DNA of 42,906 bases, taken from the IMG/VR virus record IMGVR_UViG_3300045988_069513, positions 1 to 42,906 of that record; one strand, 5' to 3'. The notes under the pieces are model-generated. The model was not told where the DNA came from, did not search any database, and saw only the letters and a list, made by a program, of their open reading frames with translations. The first letter of the stretch is position 1, and every line of letters begins with the position of its first letter. Below are positions 39,963 to 42,906 of this stretch, piece by piece. The position numbers were made by a program, and so were the translations under genes. Source of the DNA: a virus.

Positions 39963-40561
39963 TGAGCGGCATTGCTCTGAAAAACGGAGTCCCAATGAAG
40001 ATCAGCGTTGGGGAGGCCAAGCTCGGCGGCACGGCCTATCCTATCCACCAGGGCAAAACAAAGGTTGGCGGAGTGGTCAAGGACATTATCCTGGGCGTGA
40101 AGTGGCTGAAATACACGGCGGAAGAGGATAGTAACAGCCCGATTTACGGCAACAAATCCCGGGACAAATATGGGCAGATCGCAGACCCTACGGGCTCAAC
40201 CACTGGGTATACAAACTGTGACTTTTCTCCCCGTATAGGCTGGTACACGCACGGGGAAGAAACGCTCGTAGGATGGGACGAGGACACCGGCCTTTTCCAC
40301 ACAGGAACCGTATACGTAGGAGGCGGAACGGAGGCCGCAGAGTATGAGTATTGGGATGAGGGCGGCTACTATACTCTCACCATGTATCAGCTCACCTGTG
40401 ACATCGTCGGCTACTACTTTGCTCCTGTCGACTTTGACAGCTACGTTTATGCGCCGGAAGGAGAGCTTCCGTATGACGAAAGCAACGTTGTGGCTTCTGA
40501 TGACACCTTCACCTATGTTTACGAACAGGACAACTATTACGCATACAAGAAGGAGGGGTAG
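39962..40561 (+). CDS. Hypothetical tail or fibre-associated protein (199 aa)
   Basis: TAATG-coupled ATG 39962, within the fibre cluster. Confidence 0.55.
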   Translation: MSGIALKNGVPMKISVGEAKLGGTAYPIHQGKTKVGGVVKDIILGVKWLKYTAEEDSNSPIYGNKSRDKYGQIADPTGSTTGYTNCDFSPRIGWYTHGEETLVGWDEDTGLFHTGTVYVGGGTEAAEYEYWDEGGYYTLTMYQLTCDIVGYYFAPVDFDSYVYAPEGELPYDESNVVASDDTFTYVYEQDNYYAYKKEG

Positions 40562-40564
40562 CAA

Positions 40565-41047
40565 ATGCCCAAAATTATCCTTGGCCGGGCGACCGGCAAG
40601 AGCGCATATGAGTATGCGGTAGAGGGCGGCTATACGGGCACTGAGGAGCAGTTTGCCATCGAGACCGCCTCCTGCCCCATGCACGCAAGAAACAAAAACA
40701 ACCCTCACGCGGTGACTGCGGCACAGACCGGGGCGGCGGAAGCGGGACACAGCCACGTTGGCGGCGTAATCTCCCCGGCGGCAATCGAGCTTACGCCCGG
40801 AATCGGGGCCGGACACGGCGGGTACATCGACTTCCACTTTGACGGGAGCGCCGCAGATCACACGGCGAGGATCATTGAGTCCGCCGCAGGGCAGTTGAAT
40901 ATTGTTGGGATCGTGATGGAGAACGGCAACAGGGTATATTCCCCCGGCAACAAACCCACGCCCGCAGACATCGGCACCATGACCACGGCGCAGATCAATG
41001 GGGCGATCTCCGCGGCCATCACCGGCGCGATAGAGGGGAGTTACTGA
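40565..41047 (+). CDS. Tail fibre-like protein (160 aa)
   Basis: GKSAYEYAVEGGYTGTEEQF and NPHAVTAAQTGA are motifs recurrent in phage tail fibre proteins. Confidence 0.6.
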   Translation: MPKIILGRATGKSAYEYAVEGGYTGTEEQFAIETASCPMHARNKNNPHAVTAAQTGAAEAGHSHVGGVISPAAIELTPGIGAGHGGYIDFHFDGSAADHTARIIESAAGQLNIVGIVMENGNRVYSPGNKPTPADIGTMTTAQINGAISAAITGAIEGSY

Positions 41048-41048
41048 T

Positions 41049-41543
41049 ATGGCGAGACGTAGCCTTTCCGGACTGTTTTCCGCCATTGCGGGAGCAATCC
41101 GGGCCAAGACCGGCAGCACGGCGCCCATTGTGGCGGACAATTTCCCGGAAGCCATTGCGGCCATCCGCACCAAAGACCCCAATATCATCACGGAGCCTAC
41201 GCTGGAGCGGGTGACTGACTACTCCTTCCGGATCGCGGTGAACACCGCAAACCTTGCTGCCTACACAAGATACATTCTGGAAGCGGCCTGGAAGGATGCC
41301 TCCGGACGGCAGTACCGCCTGATGACGGTATTCGGAACCACTTACGGCGGCGCTGTTGGCAATGTATCGTGGGAAGGCGCCTGTGTGATCTGCGCCGAGT
41401 CTGCCACAAATTCGTACTACACCCCGATCACAGGCGGCACGGTGGAAAACGGGTATATCACATTCTCAACCGCCGGCTATTATCTGGCCAACGGCGGTCT
41501 TTCACAGATCAGCAGTGCGGTTTATCCGACGCACGGGCTGTAG
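41049..41543 (+). CDS. Hypothetical tail-associated protein (164 aa)
   Basis: Tightly packed after the fibre gene. No family recognised. Confidence 0.5.
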   Translation: MARRSLSGLFSAIAGAIRAKTGSTAPIVADNFPEAIAAIRTKDPNIITEPTLERVTDYSFRIAVNTANLAAYTRYILEAAWKDASGRQYRLMTVFGTTYGGAVGNVSWEGACVICAESATNSYYTPITGGTVENGYITFSTAGYYLANGGLSQISSAVYPTHGL

Positions 41544-41561
41544 TTAAGGGGTGATGAGGAA

Positions 41562-41843
41562 ATGGATTTATCTACATTCCTTGCTTTGACGGGGGAGCTT
41601 GCCGCGCTGGTTGCAATGGTCGCTCCGCTGTACAAGAACATAAGCAAGGTGAAAGAGGGGCAGAAATGCCAGCTTAGAAGCGAGATGCTGCGGATCTACT
41701 ACCGCCACCAGGGCGATGAGCGGATCCGGCAATACGAATATGAGAATTTTGTTGCCCTGTATTACGCCTACAAGGCGCTGGGCGGCAACTCGTTCATCGA
41801 CAAGATATACAAAGAAGTCCAGACCTGGACTGTGCTGCCGTAA
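41562..41843 (+). CDS. Small protein with N-terminal hydrophobic segment (93 aa); lysis-associated candidate
   Basis: FLALTGELAALVAMVAPL hydrophobic N-terminus. Lies immediately upstream of the holin. Confidence 0.5.
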   Translation: MDLSTFLALTGELAALVAMVAPLYKNISKVKEGQKCQLRSEMLRIYYRHQGDERIRQYEYENFVALYYAYKALGGNSFIDKIYKEVQTWTVLP

Positions 41844-41854
41844 GGAGGAACAAC

Positions 41855-42115
41855 ATGAAGGACAGACTTAGCAAGCTCATGACCATTAAGAGCATCGTGA
41901 CCATCATCCTGACCGTGGTTTTCGCGTACCTCTCCATTGTGGGCGTCATTGGCGCAGAGCAGTTTATGCTGGTATTCACCACGGTCATCGCCTTCTACTT
42001 TGGAACCCAGAAGGAAAAGAAGGATCAGGCAGCGGAGAGCACCACCACCGTTATGTGCCCTCTGGCAGATACCGAAAGCAATACTCTGGGCATTGAAGGC
42101 GGTGAGGCGAAATGA
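41855..42115 (+). CDS. Holin (86 aa, two TM segments, charged C-terminus)
   Basis: IVTIILTVVFAYLSIVGVI and FMLVFTTVIAFYFG segments. AAGGAGG RBS. ATGA-coupled to the endolysin. Confidence 0.7.
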   Translation: MKDRLSKLMTIKSIVTIILTVVFAYLSIVGVIGAEQFMLVFTTVIAFYFGTQKEKKDQAAESTTTVMCPLADTESNTLGIEGGEAK

Positions 42116-42837
42116 CAGAAGCACAGGCACGGCAGAAAATCGTAAGCATTATGCAGGGGTGGATCGGGCGTAAGGAGGCTGACGGCAGCCACAAGGCGAT
42201 CATTGACATCTACAACGCCCACAAGCCCCTTGCCAGAGGCTACAAGGTCACCTACACGGACGCCTGGTGCGCGACCGCCGTCTCCGCAGCGTTTATTGCG
42301 GCGGGTATGACCGACATCGGCCCCACGGAGTGCTCCTGCATCAAGATGATTGAGCGGCACAACGCCCTGGGGCAATGGATGGAGGCGGACAACTACGTTC
42401 CCAAGCCCGGCGACATCATCATGTACGACTGGCAGGACACCGGCAAGGGCGACAACGCCGGCACTCCCGACCATGTGGGCATTGTGGAGCGGGTGGACGG
42501 CGAGGCCATTATCGTCATCGAGGGCAATATCAACGACTCCGTAGGACGGCGTGCAATGCCCGTAAACGGACGAAATATCCGGGGGTACTGTTTGCCGAAC
42601 TATGCCGCAAAAGCCACCACAGAGCCGCCTCTGCTGTCCCAGGAGGATTTTGACGCCATGATGGACAACTATCTGTCCAGACTGGCAGAAAAAGAGCCCT
42701 CTGCGTGGAGCAAGGAGGCCCGGGCGTGGGCGGAGAAGAACGGCATTGTCAAGGGTGACGAGTGCGGAAAGAAGAAGTACAAGGCATTCTGCACCCGTGA
42801 GGAAATGGTACAGATGCTATTCAACAGGGAGGGATAA
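42112..42837 (+). CDS. Endolysin: CHAP-type amidase/peptidase with C-terminal SLH-like wall-binding motif (241 aa)
   Basis: DAWCATAVS (Cys) ... PDHVGIVERV (His) ... EGNIND spacing is typical of CHAP domains. The C-terminus reads SKEARAWAEKNGIVKGDE...FCTREEMVQMLF. Confidence 0.75.
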   Translation: MTEAQARQKIVSIMQGWIGRKEADGSHKAIIDIYNAHKPLARGYKVTYTDAWCATAVSAAFIAAGMTDIGPTECSCIKMIERHNALGQWMEADNYVPKPGDIIMYDWQDTGKGDNAGTPDHVGIVERVDGEAIIVIEGNINDSVGRRAMPVNGRNIRGYCLPNYAAKATTEPPLLSQEDFDAMMDNYLSRLAEKEPSAWSKEARAWAEKNGIVKGDECGKKKYKAFCTREEMVQMLFNREG

Positions 42838-42906
42838 TATGACCCCCAACAAGGTAATTGAAACCATCGACAGGCTGAAGCCCAACGTGTACACCGATGA
42901 GGACAA
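42788..42906. repeat. Terminal direct repeat, copy 2; includes a duplicated partial copy of the CDS that starts at 52 (ATG at 42839)
   Basis: Exact match to 1..119 by direct comparison. The unique genome length is therefore 42,787 bp. Confidence 0.95.

Noticed and set aside
1-42906. tRNA, rRNA, transposase or insertion-sequence content.
   Set aside because: The intergenic regions are short (the largest are about 300, 210 and 190 bp). None showed cloverleaf-compatible structure or terminal inverted repeats flanking a transposase. The only recombinase is the serine integrase.

Overview
The window is a complete, circularly closed temperate phage or prophage genome. Bases 1-119 are identical to 42788-42906, so the unique length is 42,787 bp. 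It is GC-rich with Gram-positive-style GGAGG ribosome-binding sites and many ATGA/GTGA/TAATG coupled gene junctions. One long plus-strand late operon runs from 30019 through the arbitrary origin to 16244. It encodes TerS, TerL, portal, a Prp-type cysteine protease, scaffold, major capsid, a cluster of collagen-like and BppU-like tail fibres, holin and CHAP endolysin, four virion-type proteins, and one 4115-aa ORF that takes 29% of the genome. No tail tube, tape measure or sheath genes are visible, so a short-tailed virion is likely. The giant ORF carries a gamma-class N6-adenine methyltransferase, an SNF2 helicase, two HExxH zincin motifs and C-terminal hydrophobic segments. This resembles phage P1 DarB and the 'polyvalent proteins' of phages and conjugative elements. 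A strong terminator follows it, then a consensus outward promoter, a 50-bp imperfect palindrome (candidate attP) and a minus-strand lysogeny module: large serine integrase, YHYH membrane protein, HTH protein and XRE repressor. A plus-strand early region follows (19863-29887) with Cro-like, DnaD-like and DnaC-like proteins, a Rad52-like annealase, an HNH-motif protein, RusA, SSB, a DUF5664/MazZ-like domain and many small Cys-rich ORFs. The most unusual observation is a cryptic gene boundary inside the giant ORF. A G5 run sits directly before an out-of-frame TAATAA. Two Shine-Dalgarno-led small ORFs follow in the +1 frame, while the giant frame stays open as low-complexity sequence. Other leads are a motif shared by the giant protein and the YHYH protein, forming a 51-bp inverted repeat 14 kb apart, and L27-like Prp cleavage motifs on scaffold and capsid. 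There is also a face-to-face promoter switch with three operator-like sites. All family assignments come from motif recognition by eye, with no searches run.
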